A DNA stretch of 64,000 nucleotides from contig JAPDIW010000005.1 of NCBI GenBank assembly GCA_029259415.1, positions 13,805-77,804 of the forward strand. The letters run 5' to 3'. This stretch comes from Archaeoglobi archaeon (lineage in GTDB: Archaea > Halobacteriota > Archaeoglobi > Archaeoglobales > Archaeoglobaceae). The notes below the pieces were generated by a model that searched no databases, was not told where the DNA came from, and was given only the letters and a program-made list of their open reading frames with translations. The position numbers were made by a program, and so were the translations under genes. Positions within the stretch are counted from its first letter, which is position 1, and each line of letters starts with the position of its first letter. Below, in pieces: positions 45,263 through 55,532 of this stretch.

Positions 45263-46414
45263 ATGGAAAATCTCTTAGAGTTCATCCACAGAGTATGCAG
45301 AGAGTGTGGCCCGAGACTGGCTGGTAGCGAGGGAGAGAGGAAGTGTGGGGAGATAATCTACAGCGAGGTGCAGAAATTCTGCGATAAAGTTGAAAAAGAG
45401 CACTTCAGAAGCCATCCGCATGGATTTCTCGACTACATATGGTTTACTGCCGGATTCTACATTGCTGGAGTTGCCCTTTATTTTCTTGGTCATCCAGTTC
45501 TTGCAGGGATTTTAATGCTCTCTGCTTTCCTCCTTTTCCTCTTCCAGCAGTGCCTCCACTATGAAATCATTGACTTTGTCTTTCCAGAAATTGAGGAGTA
45601 CCATGTGATTGGAAAAATTAATCCGAGAGGCAAAGCTGAGAAACTGGCGATAATCTCTGCTCACTACGACTCTCCCTACGAGTTTCCATTGCTTGGAAGG
45701 TTGAAGAAGAAATCGGTTTACATTATCGGCCCGGCAATCGCCATAACTCTTCTCACGATGTTTCTTTCATTCATAGAGGGTGTGACAGATTTTCAAGTTG
45801 CCACCCTTGTGAAACCCCTAATGCTAATCGGGAGCATTTTACTGCTCTTGATAGCCTTCACTCTCCGTTCCAATCATGTAACTCTCGGTGCAAACGATGA
45901 CTTGGCTGGTATCGCAGCGGTACTTGAAGCTGGAAGGCATCTGAGCAGAGAAAGGCCAGAAAAAACGGAGGTTTGGGTTGTTGCCTTTGCCGGAGAGGAG
46001 CATATGAGGGGTTCAAAGAGGTTTGTCCAGAAGCACTACGATGAGCTGAAAAGAAGAGATGCGATAATGCTCGCCCTCGAATGCCCATCAGCCGACTACT
46101 TCCTGATAGCAACTGAAGAGAAGATGTACTTCGCCAAACACTCCCCCCTTGCCGTGGAATATGCCAGAAAAGCTGCGGAAAACCTGGACTTTGAGGTTAG
46201 AGTTGCACCGCTCCTGTTTGCAGGAAGTGATGCAGCAAACTTTTCGAGGAAGGGGTTGCATGCCGTCTCCGTCTTCGGACACTCGGCCAAAGATGATGCT
46301 CCCTACAACTGGCACACGATGAATGATGTTCCAGAAAATCTCATGGAAAAGCCAATAGTGAAGGCCGCAGAGTTACTGAGGAACTTTGTTTATGTTATAG
46401 ACTCTGCAGAATGA
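45263..46414 (+). CDS. M28 family metallopeptidase, membrane-associated
   Basis: SAHYDS, GANDDLAG, AGEE, NWHT. Confidence 0.88.
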   Translation: MENLLEFIHRVCRECGPRLAGSEGERKCGEIIYSEVQKFCDKVEKEHFRSHPHGFLDYIWFTAGFYIAGVALYFLGHPVLAGILMLSAFLLFLFQQCLHYEIIDFVFPEIEEYHVIGKINPRGKAEKLAIISAHYDSPYEFPLLGRLKKKSVYIIGPAIAITLLTMFLSFIEGVTDFQVATLVKPLMLIGSILLLLIAFTLRSNHVTLGANDDLAGIAAVLEAGRHLSRERPEKTEVWVVAFAGEEHMRGSKRFVQKHYDELKRRDAIMLALECPSADYFLIATEEKMYFAKHSPLAVEYARKAAENLDFEVRVAPLLFAGSDAANFSRKGLHAVSVFGHSAKDDAPYNWHTMNDVPENLMEKPIVKAAELLRNFVYVIDSAE

Positions 46415-46454
46415 TTTCATTTAACATTGTTTTAGAGAAACAAAACTACAACCT

Positions 46455-46713
46455 TTAACCCCCCATTCGAGAGATTCTTACCCCTCAATTATTCTTTTGT
46501 AAATCTCCTCTTTACACTCAAACACCGCCTCAGTTTGTGGAATCCCAAAGGATTTTGGCCAACACCTCTTAACTCGCACCCTGACCTCATCTGAACCTTT
46601 CACACCAATCAACCCTCTTCAACCTCTTTAACCTCAAAACCGAGCTTTTCCAAAATCCTGACTATCTCAAACCTAAGTTCTTCAGGCTTCAAACCAAAAA
46701 TATGTTGCTTCAC
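46455..46713 (-). pseudogene. Small hypothetical gene broken by frameshifts
   Basis: MKQHIFGLKPEEL...VEE / LIGVKGSDEVRV... / RISRMGG in successive frames; coupled to the upstream stop. Confidence 0.5.
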
Positions 46714-47339
46714 AGGAACATTTTGGCAATTCTAAGGGATTTGGCAATGTGACTTGCCGCATTTCCCTCAACGATATCTTCGTGTCCAGGATAGAGGTTC
46801 TCGACGTCAAGTCTCGATAGCTTTTCGAGTGATTTTATCAACTCTCTCGCACTCCCGCCAGGCAAATCAACCCTTCCAAAGCTTCCATAGGCGAATACAG
46901 TATCTCCGCTGAACAACCACTTCTTTTCAGGTTCGTAGAGGCATATACTCCCGGGAGAGTGGCCGGGTGTGTGTATTACCTCAAGGGAAAGCTCTCCAAG
47001 CTCGAATACCTCTCCGCCTTCGAGCAGTATGTCCGGCTCAAACTCTTTGAAGGTAACACCAAACATGAAGGATGTGAAACCCTGAGCCTTCAGCAGAGAA
47101 TACTCATCTTTGTGAATCGCAATCTTGGCTATTCCCTTGAAATGGCCTGCAGCGGCAGCGTGGTCGTAGTGAGAGTGTGTAAGAATTATGTAATCGAGTT
47201 CCCTTGGGTCAATATACTTTCTAAGTGCGTTGAGGATGAACTGAATGTCTCCCCCTACATCTATCAGAACTGTCTTCTCATCCAGAAGGAGATAGCAATT
47301 AGCTGCAAGAGGAGGAGCGACGATTCTGATAGGCTTCAT
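46710..47339 (-). CDS. MBL-fold metallo-hydrolase
   Basis: THSHYDH, HTPGHSPGS, SGDTVF, PGH. Confidence 0.92.
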   Translation of the reverse strand: MKPIRIVAPPLAANCYLLLDEKTVLIDVGGDIQFILNALRKYIDPRELDYIILTHSHYDHAAAAGHFKGIAKIAIHKDEYSLLKAQGFTSFMFGVTFKEFEPDILLEGGEVFELGELSLEVIHTPGHSPGSICLYEPEKKWLFSGDTVFAYGSFGRVDLPGGSARELIKSLEKLSRLDVENLYPGHEDIVEGNAASHIAKSLRIAKMFL

Positions 47340-47602
47340 AGAAGCTCCATGTCCTCTATTTCTACACTCTCCACTCCCTCAATCTTCCCGATTTCTTCCA
47401 CGTATCTGTCTCCGATGCCCTCAGCATCCGGCATGACCACCATCAGCACTATCGCCTTCAGACCGAACGCTATAGGCTGAATTGCCGTATCTCTAATCTC
47501 TACACCCTCAAACTGAATGTTCTTAATATTCTCCAGCACCTCTTCGAGGTTCACATTCACGTCACTCGGCATCACTCTTATTTTCATCATTACGTTGCCC
47601 AT
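47336..47602 (-). CDS. ef1b: Elongation factor 1-beta
   Basis: IRVMP, PIAFGLKA, VESVE. Confidence 0.95.
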   Translation of the reverse strand: MGNVMMKIRVMPSDVNVNLEEVLENIKNIQFEGVEIRDTAIQPIAFGLKAIVLMVVMPDAEGIGDRYVEEIGKIEGVESVEIEDMELL

Positions 47603-47613
47603 CTTATCACCTC

Positions 47614-47775
47614 TTAAGGCCCCTCAAACCCGCAGTTTTCGCAAACGTAGGGATTGCTCAGCCTTCTGCATTTCTTACAGCGGTAAATCATCTCTCCGCA
47701 TTCCGGACAGGGGAAAGCCACGTAATTAGCACCCACAAGTACTGCTCCGCAACTCACGCATCTTGTTATATCCAT
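47614..47775 (-). CDS. Zn-ribbon protein (DUF1610 / HVO_2753-like)
   Basis: [10 protein letters not shown]...FPCPECGE...CKKCR...[11 protein letters not shown]; conserved upstream of aEF-1beta. Confidence 0.9.
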   Translation of the reverse strand: MDITRCVSCGAVLVGANYVAFPCPECGEMIYRCKKCRRLSNPYVCENCGFEGP

Positions 47776-47781
47776 CATCGC

Positions 47782-48402
47782 TCACCTCCCAATTATTAGC
47801 GTGCCTCTGGCTCTTCCTCTCAATATATAATTTTTTAGCCCTTCTGGGGAGCAAACGAACATATTAATTCCGTATTTTACCAGCAGCTTTGGGGTGTAGC
47901 TATCAACCACATCGGTTTTTAGTTCAGATGCTCTTACAACCTCCTTTAACCCCCCTTTTTCTCCGACTATCCCACCAGCAGCCGTTACCTTCACGACCTC
48001 GCTAAAACCAGCCTTTGCCGCTACCCATACCGCAATGCTATCCGAGGTAACATCCCACGAGTGTGGAAGCTCATCAAACCTTCTCAGCAAATTGTAGGGG
48101 AGTAAAACGGCTTTTTTGTCTGGTAAGTCGAAGTTTTCAGGTTCAACGAGCTCAAATCCAAATTTTCTTGCAGTTTCAGCCATATAGAAACCGTAGGTGT
48201 TCATCGCAGTGATAGCCATCCAGTGGGAGGTTGATGGACTTAGGCTTTTCTCTGAATCGATTTTTCTCACCAAATCGGCAAAAATCCAACCTCCCGGAAT
48301 AATATAGGCTCTCTGCAAGCTTTCAAGGGGCTCAAAGACCATTTCAAGCTTCTCTGCAACGCTCCCTCCGACCTTGAGCAGCACTTTAGTCTGTCGGCTC
48401 AA
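47782..48402 (-). CDS. Amino-acid-kinase-fold protein (MfnE/uridylate-kinase-like)
   Basis: LKVGGS, PGGWIFAD, HSWDVTSDSIA. Confidence 0.85.
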   Translation of the reverse strand: MSRQTKVLLKVGGSVAEKLEMVFEPLESLQRAYIIPGGWIFADLVRKIDSEKSLSPSTSHWMAITAMNTYGFYMAETARKFGFELVEPENFDLPDKKAVLLPYNLLRRFDELPHSWDVTSDSIAVWVAAKAGFSEVVKVTAAGGIVGEKGGLKEVVRASELKTDVVDSYTPKLLVKYGINMFVCSPEGLKNYILRGRARGTLIIGR

Positions 48403-48411
48403 AGGATTAAA

Positions 48412-48711
48412 TTACTTATCCTTCAGCTTCTCTTCAACCGACCTTATCTTCTCAGTCATCCTGCCACCCTTTGCCCTGTTGTCTATTTTGATTACATAGT
48501 AATTTCTCGGAGAACCGACTTCGAAAAGTACTTTGTCGATTTTTTCCAAGATTTTTGCAAGCTCCTCGAAACTCTCAACCTCAAATGAAGTCCCCATTGG
48601 GCTCAGGAAGTACTCGACATTCTCCTTCTTCAGAACCTCAATAACCTTTGCAACAAAACTGCTCAGAGACTCCCCCACACCAATGGGTACTGCGGAGAGT
48701 TCAACAATCAT
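48412..48711 (-). CDS. MTH1187/YkoF thiamine-binding family protein
   Basis: VPIGVGESLSSFVA, PMGTSFE. Confidence 0.88.
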   Translation of the reverse strand: MIVELSAVPIGVGESLSSFVAKVIEVLKKENVEYFLSPMGTSFEVESFEELAKILEKIDKVLFEVGSPRNYYVIKIDNRAKGGRMTEKIRSVEEKLKDK

Positions 48712-48735
48712 ATAAAAAATAGAGGGGATTGTTCT

Positions 48736-49914
48736 TTAAAGCCTGTCGATTATGGGAATAGAGACTTTCTGTTTTTCTTTTTTATACCTAACAGGTTCCG
48801 AAAAATTCGGCTGCTTTCTTACCTTCTCACCATTTTTTCTGCTATCAACTCTGATATCTCTCAGTTTTTGCTTCTGCGGAATGTCCTCATAGCTTAAGGA
48901 TCCAACAAACTCTTTGTCCTTTATCCCTGTCATTATGGACACAACTCTAACAAAGCCCTCAAACTCCTTGTCGATTCTTGCACCCCATATGACGTTTGCG
49001 TAGTCATCAATCTCGAAAGTGAGGTTTCTGATAATCTCCTCAGCCTCCTTAAGCGTCAGATCATGCCCACCTGATATGTGCACAAGTGACCCGGTCGCCC
49101 CTCTGTAATCAACATCAAGGAGCGGATGGGATAGGCAGTCTCTGACAACTGCATTCGCCTTGTCCTGAGCTTTTGCTTCACCCACAAGCATCACAGCAAC
49201 ACCACCATGTCCCATTATAGCCTTAACGTCCGCAAAGTCGATATTTACCAGAGAAGGAATTGTTATCGTGTCAGAAATGCCTTTTATTGTTTCTGCAATT
49301 AGCTGATCCATTACGCTGAAAGCAGCATCTATCGGCAGGTTCGGATAGTAGTCGAGCAGCTTGTTGTTGTCGAGAACAACAACCGTGTCGCAGACTTCTT
49401 TCAATTCCTCCAAACCGTTTAAGGCCTTCTGAATTCTCGCCCTCTCAACCCTGAATGGCATCTGGGCAAAGCCAATTACGATTGCTCCCTGCTTCTTTGC
49501 CACATCTGCCACAACAGGGGCCGAACCTGTTCCCGTACCGCCTCCCATTCCAGCACAGACGAAAACCATGTCGGAATCGGAAAGCAGGTCTTCAAGGACA
49601 TTTCTCGCAAGCTCAGCAGCCTTTCTACCAATTTCGGGATATCCTCCAGCCCCAAGACCCCTCGTAATGCTTCTGCCAATCAAAACCCTCTTGTCGGCTT
49701 TCGTCCTCAAAAGCTGCTGCTTGTCGGTGTTGATTGCAACAGTCATGGCACTCTCCACATTCATATTGGACAGTCTGTGTACTGTATTGTTGCCGCTCCC
49801 TCCACAACCAACCACAACGATTTTCGGCGTCTCGAAGTCCTTTACATCCTCACTAAACCTGCTATTCCTCTCCTGCTCCAAATACTGTTGGGCCTTACTC
49901 ACAATACTTCTCAT
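48736..49914 (-). CDS. ftsZ: Cell division protein FtsZ (FtsZ2 type by context)
   Basis: [28 protein letters not shown]. Confidence 0.97.
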   Translation of the reverse strand: MRSIVSKAQQYLEQERNSRFSEDVKDFETPKIVVVGCGGSGNNTVHRLSNMNVESAMTVAINTDKQQLLRTKADKRVLIGRSITRGLGAGGYPEIGRKAAELARNVLEDLLSDSDMVFVCAGMGGGTGTGSAPVVADVAKKQGAIVIGFAQMPFRVERARIQKALNGLEELKEVCDTVVVLDNNKLLDYYPNLPIDAAFSVMDQLIAETIKGISDTITIPSLVNIDFADVKAIMGHGGVAVMLVGEAKAQDKANAVVRDCLSHPLLDVDYRGATGSLVHISGGHDLTLKEAEEIIRNLTFEIDDYANVIWGARIDKEFEGFVRVVSIMTGIKDKEFVGSLSYEDIPQKQKLRDIRVDSRKNGEKVRKQPNFSEPVRYKKEKQKVSIPIIDRL

Positions 49915-49927
49915 ACCAAACAACCTC

Positions 49928-50110
49928 CTAACGATAAGTATCCATTTGGGCGATACTCTCGAGCTGTTCCTTGTATTTTTCCAGAAGAAGCTTTACAGCT
50001 TCTCTGACAGCTTCGCTAACCGAAGTGAACTCCCCGCTCTCAACGAGGAGTTCGAGCTTATTGTAATACTTCTCCGTGAGCCTTATGCTTATTTTTCTCG
50101 TTGGCGGCAT
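49928..50110 (-). CDS. cdrS: RHH regulator upstream of ftsZ (CdrS-like)
   Basis: ISIRL...[14 protein letters not shown]; conserved euryarchaeal cdrS-ftsZ2 arrangement. Confidence 0.75.
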   Translation of the reverse strand: MPPTRKISIRLTEKYYNKLELLVESGEFTSVSEAVREAVKLLLEKYKEQLESIAQMDTYR

Positions 50111-50308
50111 ACTTCCACCGGAAACGATGCCCTATATCGGAGGACAGGTGGAGGACTGGTGTCTCCACCTGTCCGACTTTGTCCTTAATCTGGTATCAAT
50201 TGTCCGACATTATAATATTTAAGTTTTTCGGAGTCTATTATGATAAAGTGTTTAAGAAAATATTCAGAGAATGATAACTTGAAAGGGTTGATGTAACTTA
50301 AAATAGAA

Positions 50309-50391
50309 TGCGGGGGGAGGGATTCGAACCCTCGAACCCCTACGGGACAGGACCCTCAATCCTGCGCCTTTGTCCGCTCGGCAACCCCCGC
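50309..50391 (-). tRNA. tRNA-Leu (anticodon GAG)
   Basis: GCGGGGG acceptor, long variable arm, GGTTCGAATCC T-arm, anticodon loop TTGAGGG. Confidence 0.95.
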
Positions 50392-50475
50392 TTGTATGAA
50401 AGATTCTGCAAAGGATTTATGAATATTGTGGTTTATGTGCGATGGTTTCATATAGTTCCGAAATACACAACCTAT

Positions 50476-51195
50476 ATGAAAGCGGTGATGCTCCTGAGTG
50501 GTGGTGTTGATTCCTCCACTTTGCTCTATTATCTGCTGGATGAAGGTTATGAAGTTCATGCTTTAACTTTTTTCTACGGTCAGAAGCATTCCAAGGAGAT
50601 AGAGAGCGCAGAAAAAATTGCAGAAGCGGCTAAGGTTACACACCTCAAGGTTGACATCTCCACAATTCATGAGCTCATTTCTTACGGAGCCTTAACTGGA
50701 GATGAAGAGGTGCCAAAGGCGTTCTACAGTGAGGAAGTACAGAGAAGGACGATAGTCCCGAACAGAAATATGATTCTTCTTTCCATCGCCGCAGGCTACG
50801 CAGTAAAAGTTGGAGCGAAAGAAGTTCACTACGCTGCACACCTAAGCGACTACAGCATTTACCCCGACTGCAGAAAGGAGTTCGTTAAAGCTCTTGACAC
50901 AGCTGTGTATCTCGCAAACATCTGGACTCCCGTTGAAGTTAAAGCACCGTTCGTGGACATGAGTAAGGTGGACATCGTTAAACTGGGATTGAAGCTCGGA
51001 GTTCCGTATGAGCTTACATGGAGCTGCTATGAAGGTAGAGAGAGGCCCTGCCTCAGGTGCGGGACATGTCTTGAGCGGACGGAGGCCTTCCTGATTAACG
51101 GAGCAAAAGACCCTCTTTTGAGCGATGATGAGTGGGATGAAGCTGTAAGGATCTACGAGGAGATGAGGGCGGAGAATGAAGGCAAATCTAATTGA
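50476..51195 (+). CDS. queC: 7-cyano-7-deazaguanine synthase
   Basis: LSGGVDS, YGQKH, VPNRN, YPDCR, TWSCY, CGTCLER. Confidence 0.95.
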   Translation: MKAVMLLSGGVDSSTLLYYLLDEGYEVHALTFFYGQKHSKEIESAEKIAEAAKVTHLKVDISTIHELISYGALTGDEEVPKAFYSEEVQRRTIVPNRNMILLSIAAGYAVKVGAKEVHYAAHLSDYSIYPDCRKEFVKALDTAVYLANIWTPVEVKAPFVDMSKVDIVKLGLKLGVPYELTWSCYEGRERPCLRCGTCLERTEAFLINGAKDPLLSDDEWDEAVRIYEEMRAENEGKSN

Positions 51196-51853
51196 AATCT
51201 TTGAGTCGATTCAGGGAGAGGGCTTTTATGTGGGAGTTAGACAGCTCTTCATAAGGTTCGCAGGCTGCAACCTGAACTGCTACTATTGCGACACACCAAA
51301 AACGGCAAAGAGTTGCTTAGACCAGATTTCAGGCAAAACTCTGGATAATCCAGTTTCAGCCGAATATGTACAGGAGCGAATAGACTCCAGCAAAGTTCAC
51401 TCCATCTGCTTTACTGGCGGGGAGCCAATGCTGCAGGCTGAATTCATCGCTTCTCTTAACAAAACTCGACCATTCTACCTCGAATCTAACATGACCTTGC
51501 CGGAAAAGGCGAAATTGTTGAAGTTCTGCGACTTTGTTGCTGGCGACCTGAAAGTTAGAGAATCAGGAGTTGTAAACTACGACGAGGTGCTTCAAAAAAT
51601 TGTAAAATGCTTTAAAATTTTAAGGAACACCAGAAAGAGAAAGACGTTCTGTAAAATAGTCCTGCCTGAAAGTTTTGATGCAGAGGAAGTTATAAATTCA
51701 GCCTACGAAATTAAAGACTTCGTTCTCGGCTTCGTGCTTCAGCCAGTTTTCGGTAGCAGGGTGGATAAAATTCTTAAGCTGCAAAAGCAAATGATAGATT
51801 TCGCCGACACAAGAGTAATACCGCAGGTTCATAAGTGTCTGGGGGTGAGATGA
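51176..51853 (+). CDS. queE: 7-carboxy-7-deazaguanine synthase
   Basis: SIQGEG, RFAGCNLNCYYCDT, TGGEP, PQVHK. Confidence 0.92.
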   Translation: MKANLIEIFESIQGEGFYVGVRQLFIRFAGCNLNCYYCDTPKTAKSCLDQISGKTLDNPVSAEYVQERIDSSKVHSICFTGGEPMLQAEFIASLNKTRPFYLESNMTLPEKAKLLKFCDFVAGDLKVRESGVVNYDEVLQKIVKCFKILRNTRKRKTFCKIVLPESFDAEEVINSAYEIKDFVLGFVLQPVFGSRVDKILKLQKQMIDFADTRVIPQVHKCLGVR

Positions 51854-52200
51854 TGGAGCACGAGATGATTATAGGGATATCAACCTCGTTTAGCGCTGCT
51901 CACAGCATTCCTGGCCATGCAAAGTGTGGGAAGGTTCACGGCCACAACTTCAAGGTTGAGGTGGAGATATCAGGCAGAGTTGGTCAGAACGGGATGGTAA
52001 TGGATTTCTTCGACCTCAAAAGGATCGTGAACGAGGTGGTGTCAAAGTTTGACCACACCTTGCTGAATGAGCAGATTGAAATTCCCACTTCGGAGAACAT
52101 CTGCCTGAAAATTTTCGAAGAACTTATGGAGAAAGGGCTGAATGTTCGCAGAGTGAGGGTTGCTGAAAACGAAGACAAGTGGGCGGAGATTCGCAGGTGA
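51850..52200 (+). CDS. queD: 6-carboxy-5,6,7,8-tetrahydropterin synthase
   Basis: FSAAH, CGKVHGHN, MVMDF, PTSEN. Confidence 0.93.
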   Translation: MMEHEMIIGISTSFSAAHSIPGHAKCGKVHGHNFKVEVEISGRVGQNGMVMDFFDLKRIVNEVVSKFDHTLLNEQIEIPTSENICLKIFEELMEKGLNVRRVRVAENEDKWAEIRR

Positions 52201-52238
52201 GCACATAATATTTATATATTTTTTGCGTACTTCACATT

Positions 52239-52736
52239 ATGCGAAAAGGTCAGCTAGACGATATAGATATTGCTATCATCGAGAACATTTTGAGAGGAAA
52301 AACTCAGAGTGAGATTGCCGAGATGCTTGGAATAACTCTCAGAACTGTTCAGAACAGAGTTAGAGCTCTTGAAGATAACGGATATCTTATAAAAATCAAG
52401 GAGGGTTACTGGAAGGCAAACTACCAGAAACTTGGACTGAACATGCTCACAGTGACCTTTGTTGACCTCGACATTGAGTCGAAGGCAAGAATAGACGAGG
52501 TAATTGAGCACTTCAACAAGCTCGACTATGTGGAGAATGTCCTTGAACTTGTTGGTTCAGCCTACGACCTCTGCTTCATTGTCAGATACAGAGATATAGA
52601 GGAGTTCAACAGAGAACGCAGAAAGTTTATGGACTGGTTTGTAAAGAAGGGGATAAGAATAAACCATCTTGCGACCTATATCTCATCCAAAACGCACAAA
52701 GACCATCGTAGAACAATGATAAAGAACACAGGCTAA
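52239..52736 (+). CDS. Lrp/AsnC family regulator
   Basis: LDDID N-terminus, HTH, GSAYDL. Confidence 0.85.
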   Translation: MRKGQLDDIDIAIIENILRGKTQSEIAEMLGITLRTVQNRVRALEDNGYLIKIKEGYWKANYQKLGLNMLTVTFVDLDIESKARIDEVIEHFNKLDYVENVLELVGSAYDLCFIVRYRDIEEFNRERRKFMDWFVKKGIRINHLATYISSKTHKDHRRTMIKNTG

Positions 52737-52815
52737 TTCAAACTTTACGCATGAGCAAATCTTAAACATTCATATTTCACGAAAAGATTAAATATTTCAC
52801 AACTACTTATTTTTA

Positions 52816-53979
52816 ATGAGAGTCGGAGTTATCGGAGTTGGCTGTTCAAAGTTTGGCAGAAGAGATGATGTCACCATTCAGGAACTGTCATACGAAGCGG
52901 TCAAAGAGGCGCTGGATGATGCCGGGATAAGCAGGGATGATGTAGATGTCAGCGTTGTTGGAAGCGTTAACTCAAGGGGATACGAGCTGATGCCAGCAGT
53001 GCTGGTAAACGAGTACTGCGGTTTTACAGGAAAGGGGCCGATCAGAGTTGAGGCTGCTTGTGCATCGGGAGCAGCTGCTGTTTACACAGCTTTCACCTCC
53101 ATAGCTTCGGGTGTTGCCGATGTTGCCATAGCCATAGGCGTTGAGAAGATGACTGAAGTCGACACTGCAACTTCACTTGCCATTGGCGGAAGAGCGGGGA
53201 ATTACTTGTGGGAGTTCCACCAGTATGGCACTACTTTTCCTGCTTACTATGCCATCCACGCGTCAGCACACATGGCGAAGTACGGAACAACAGAAGAGCA
53301 GCTCGCGAAGGTTGCAGTTAAGGCTCACAGGAATGCTGCTAAGAACCCGAAGGCACACTTCCAAAAGGAGATTTCAGTCGAGGATGTGCTGAATTCGAGG
53401 TACATAACCTACCCCCTAAAGCTTTACGATTGCTCGCCCATAAGCGATGGCTCTTCTGCGGCAATTCTGGCGAGCGAGGAGAAGATTAAGGAGATGGGGA
53501 TTGATGATGTAGTTTGGATCGAATCCGTTGGCTACGCTTCCGACACATCAAACATGACGAGGAGGGAGAGCTTTGTCGGCCTTAAGGCTACCGTGCTGGC
53601 CAAGGAAATGGCGTACAGGAGGGCTGGTATAGAGGATCCGGTGAAGGAGTTTGACATCGCCACCGTCCACGACTGCTTCACCATTGCCGAAATCATGGCC
53701 TACGAAGACCTCGGATTCTGCAGGAAGGGTGAAGGTGGCAGATTGATTGAGAGCGGCGAGACGGACCTGGGCGGAAAGATTCCGGTTAACACGTTTGGCG
53801 GTTTGAAGGCAAAGGGTCATCCGCTTGCCGCAACCGGAGTTGCGATGGTCTATGAGATCGTGAAGCAGCTTCGCGGTGAGGCGGGAGAACTGCAGGTTGA
53901 TCTGAAGAACTATAAAGGTTTGCTGCACAATGTTGGAGGAACGGGCCATTTCGCCTACGTGATGGTCCTTAGGAGGTGA
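52816..53979 (+). CDS. Thiolase (SCP-x/archaeal type)
   Basis: EAACASG, CSPISDG, HDCFT, KGHPLAATG. Confidence 0.93.
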   Translation: MRVGVIGVGCSKFGRRDDVTIQELSYEAVKEALDDAGISRDDVDVSVVGSVNSRGYELMPAVLVNEYCGFTGKGPIRVEAACASGAAAVYTAFTSIASGVADVAIAIGVEKMTEVDTATSLAIGGRAGNYLWEFHQYGTTFPAYYAIHASAHMAKYGTTEEQLAKVAVKAHRNAAKNPKAHFQKEISVEDVLNSRYITYPLKLYDCSPISDGSSAAILASEEKIKEMGIDDVVWIESVGYASDTSNMTRRESFVGLKATVLAKEMAYRRAGIEDPVKEFDIATVHDCFTIAEIMAYEDLGFCRKGEGGRLIESGETDLGGKIPVNTFGGLKAKGHPLAATGVAMVYEIVKQLRGEAGELQVDLKNYKGLLHNVGGTGHFAYVMVLRR

Positions 53980-53984
53980 TAAGG

Positions 53985-54380
53985 ATGTTTATCGAGAGTC
54001 GCGAGTTGCTGATGAAGCATAAAATTCCTGTCGCTAAAACCGAGAAGTACTGGAAGGGGCTTGAGGAGGGAAAGGTGTACAAAACCGTCTGCAAGAACTG
54101 CGGAGAGGAGTATTACCCGCCGAGAGCGGAGTGTTTATGCGGTGGAGAGGTTGAGTGGGCCGAAATTGATGGCGAGGGAGTTGTTGAAGCTTTCACAACC
54201 GTCCACAGAATCCCTGCAGGTTTTGAATGGCATGAAAATCCGTACACGATAACCATTGCGCGGTTTGGAAATGTCAGAGTCATGGGATGGGCTGAAAACG
54301 TAAAGGTTGGGGACAAAGTAAGGCTGAAAACGGGTAAGGACGAGACGGGTGTCTGGAAGGTCTATTTTGAGGTGGTTTAA
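53985..54380 (+). CDS. DUF35 Zn-ribbon/OB-fold thiolase partner
   Basis: CKNCG..YYPPRAEC; position after the thiolase. Confidence 0.9.
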   Translation: MFIESRELLMKHKIPVAKTEKYWKGLEEGKVYKTVCKNCGEEYYPPRAECLCGGEVEWAEIDGEGVVEAFTTVHRIPAGFEWHENPYTITIARFGNVRVMGWAENVKVGDKVRLKTGKDETGVWKVYFEVV

Positions 54381-55531
54381 TGGTGGATTTCAAGCTGACT
54401 CCGGAGCAGGAGGACATAAGGAGGGCTGCAAGAGAATTTGCCGAGAAGGAGTTCACGCCTGAAATCATGGAGGAGTGCGACAGAGAGGAGAAGTATCCGG
54501 TGGATATAGTGAGGAGAGCGAGAGAGCTTGGCTTTTCCACGGTGAAGATTCCTGAAGAGTATGGCGGAATGGGGCTCAGCCTTTTTGAGGAAGCTTTGGT
54601 TACAGAGGAGTTCTACAGAGTCAGTCCAGGCATCGGCAACGCATGTCTCAGCTCGACCTTCGGCACTGAGTTATTGATTCTCTTCGGCAGTGAGGAGCAA
54701 AAGGAGAAGTATCTCAGGTGGGTGACCGAGAGAAACGGGATTTCGGCAATGGCGACAACTGAACCTGAAGCTGGCAGTGATGTTGCGAACGTCAAAACAA
54801 AGATCGTCAAAGAGGGGGACGAGTGGGTAATTAACGGAACAAAGATGTTCATAACGAATGGCAGCGTTTGTGATTTCGCTCTCGTTCTGGGGAGAACTTA
54901 CGAAGGTGAGAAGAGACATCACGGCCTAACGTTCGCCATAGTTGAGAGCAAGAGCAAGGGGTTCAAGGCAACAAAGATAAAGAACAAGATGGGCCTGAGG
55001 GCGAGCGATACGGCAGAGATCGTGCTGAAAGACGTGAGAGTTGGGGATGAAAACATCCTCGGAGAGCCGGGTAAAGGTTTCTACTACTTAATGGAGTTCT
55101 TCAACCACACGAGGCCGAGGGTAGCTTCTCAGGCAGTGGGAATTGCCCAGGGTGCCTTTGAACTCGCGCTCAACTATGTCAAGCAGAGGAGGCAGTTCGG
55201 TCAGCCTATTGCTGCTTTCCAGAACACCCAGTTCAAGATTGCTGAAATGGCAACCCGCATCCAGGCTGCAAGGCTGCTGGCTTGGCAGGCTGCGTGGCAC
55301 TGCAGCATTGGAGATCCAAGGCCAGAGCTTTCCTCGATGGCCAAGTTGTTTGCAGGCAAGACGGCAGTTTACGTCGCGGACTGGTGTGTGCAGCTTCACG
55401 GAGGTTACGGATACATTGGGGAGTATCCGGCAGAGCGCTACTACAGGGATGCGAAGCTCATGGAGATTTACGAGGGGACAAAGGAGGTTCAGAAGCTCGT
55501 TATAGCGAGAAGACTCGTAGGGAGGGTCTGA
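54380..55531 (+). CDS. Acyl-CoA dehydrogenase
   Basis: TEPEAGSD, NGTKMFITNG, KMGLRAS, GGYGY, IYEGT. Confidence 0.95.
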   Translation: MVDFKLTPEQEDIRRAAREFAEKEFTPEIMEECDREEKYPVDIVRRARELGFSTVKIPEEYGGMGLSLFEEALVTEEFYRVSPGIGNACLSSTFGTELLILFGSEEQKEKYLRWVTERNGISAMATTEPEAGSDVANVKTKIVKEGDEWVINGTKMFITNGSVCDFALVLGRTYEGEKRHHGLTFAIVESKSKGFKATKIKNKMGLRASDTAEIVLKDVRVGDENILGEPGKGFYYLMEFFNHTRPRVASQAVGIAQGAFELALNYVKQRRQFGQPIAAFQNTQFKIAEMATRIQAARLLAWQAAWHCSIGDPRPELSSMAKLFAGKTAVYVADWCVQLHGGYGYIGEYPAERYYRDAKLMEIYEGTKEVQKLVIARRLVGRV

Positions 55532-55532
55532 A

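Noticed and set aside
50309-50391. tRNA-Leu as the integration site
   Set aside because: It is more than 5 kb from the element with host genes in between, and I found no duplicate of its 3' half.
50308-50475. N-terminal extensions in the ORF track (queC, eif2g, prs, priS and others) and many antisense ORFs over host genes
   Set aside because: They overlap tRNA, promoters or well-supported genes; downstream starts match family N-termini and RBS positions.
50476-52200. queC-queE-queD as a DNA 7-deazaguanine modification system
   Set aside because: It is the ordinary preQ0 pathway for archaeosine, lies outside the element, and no DpdA-like gene is in the window.
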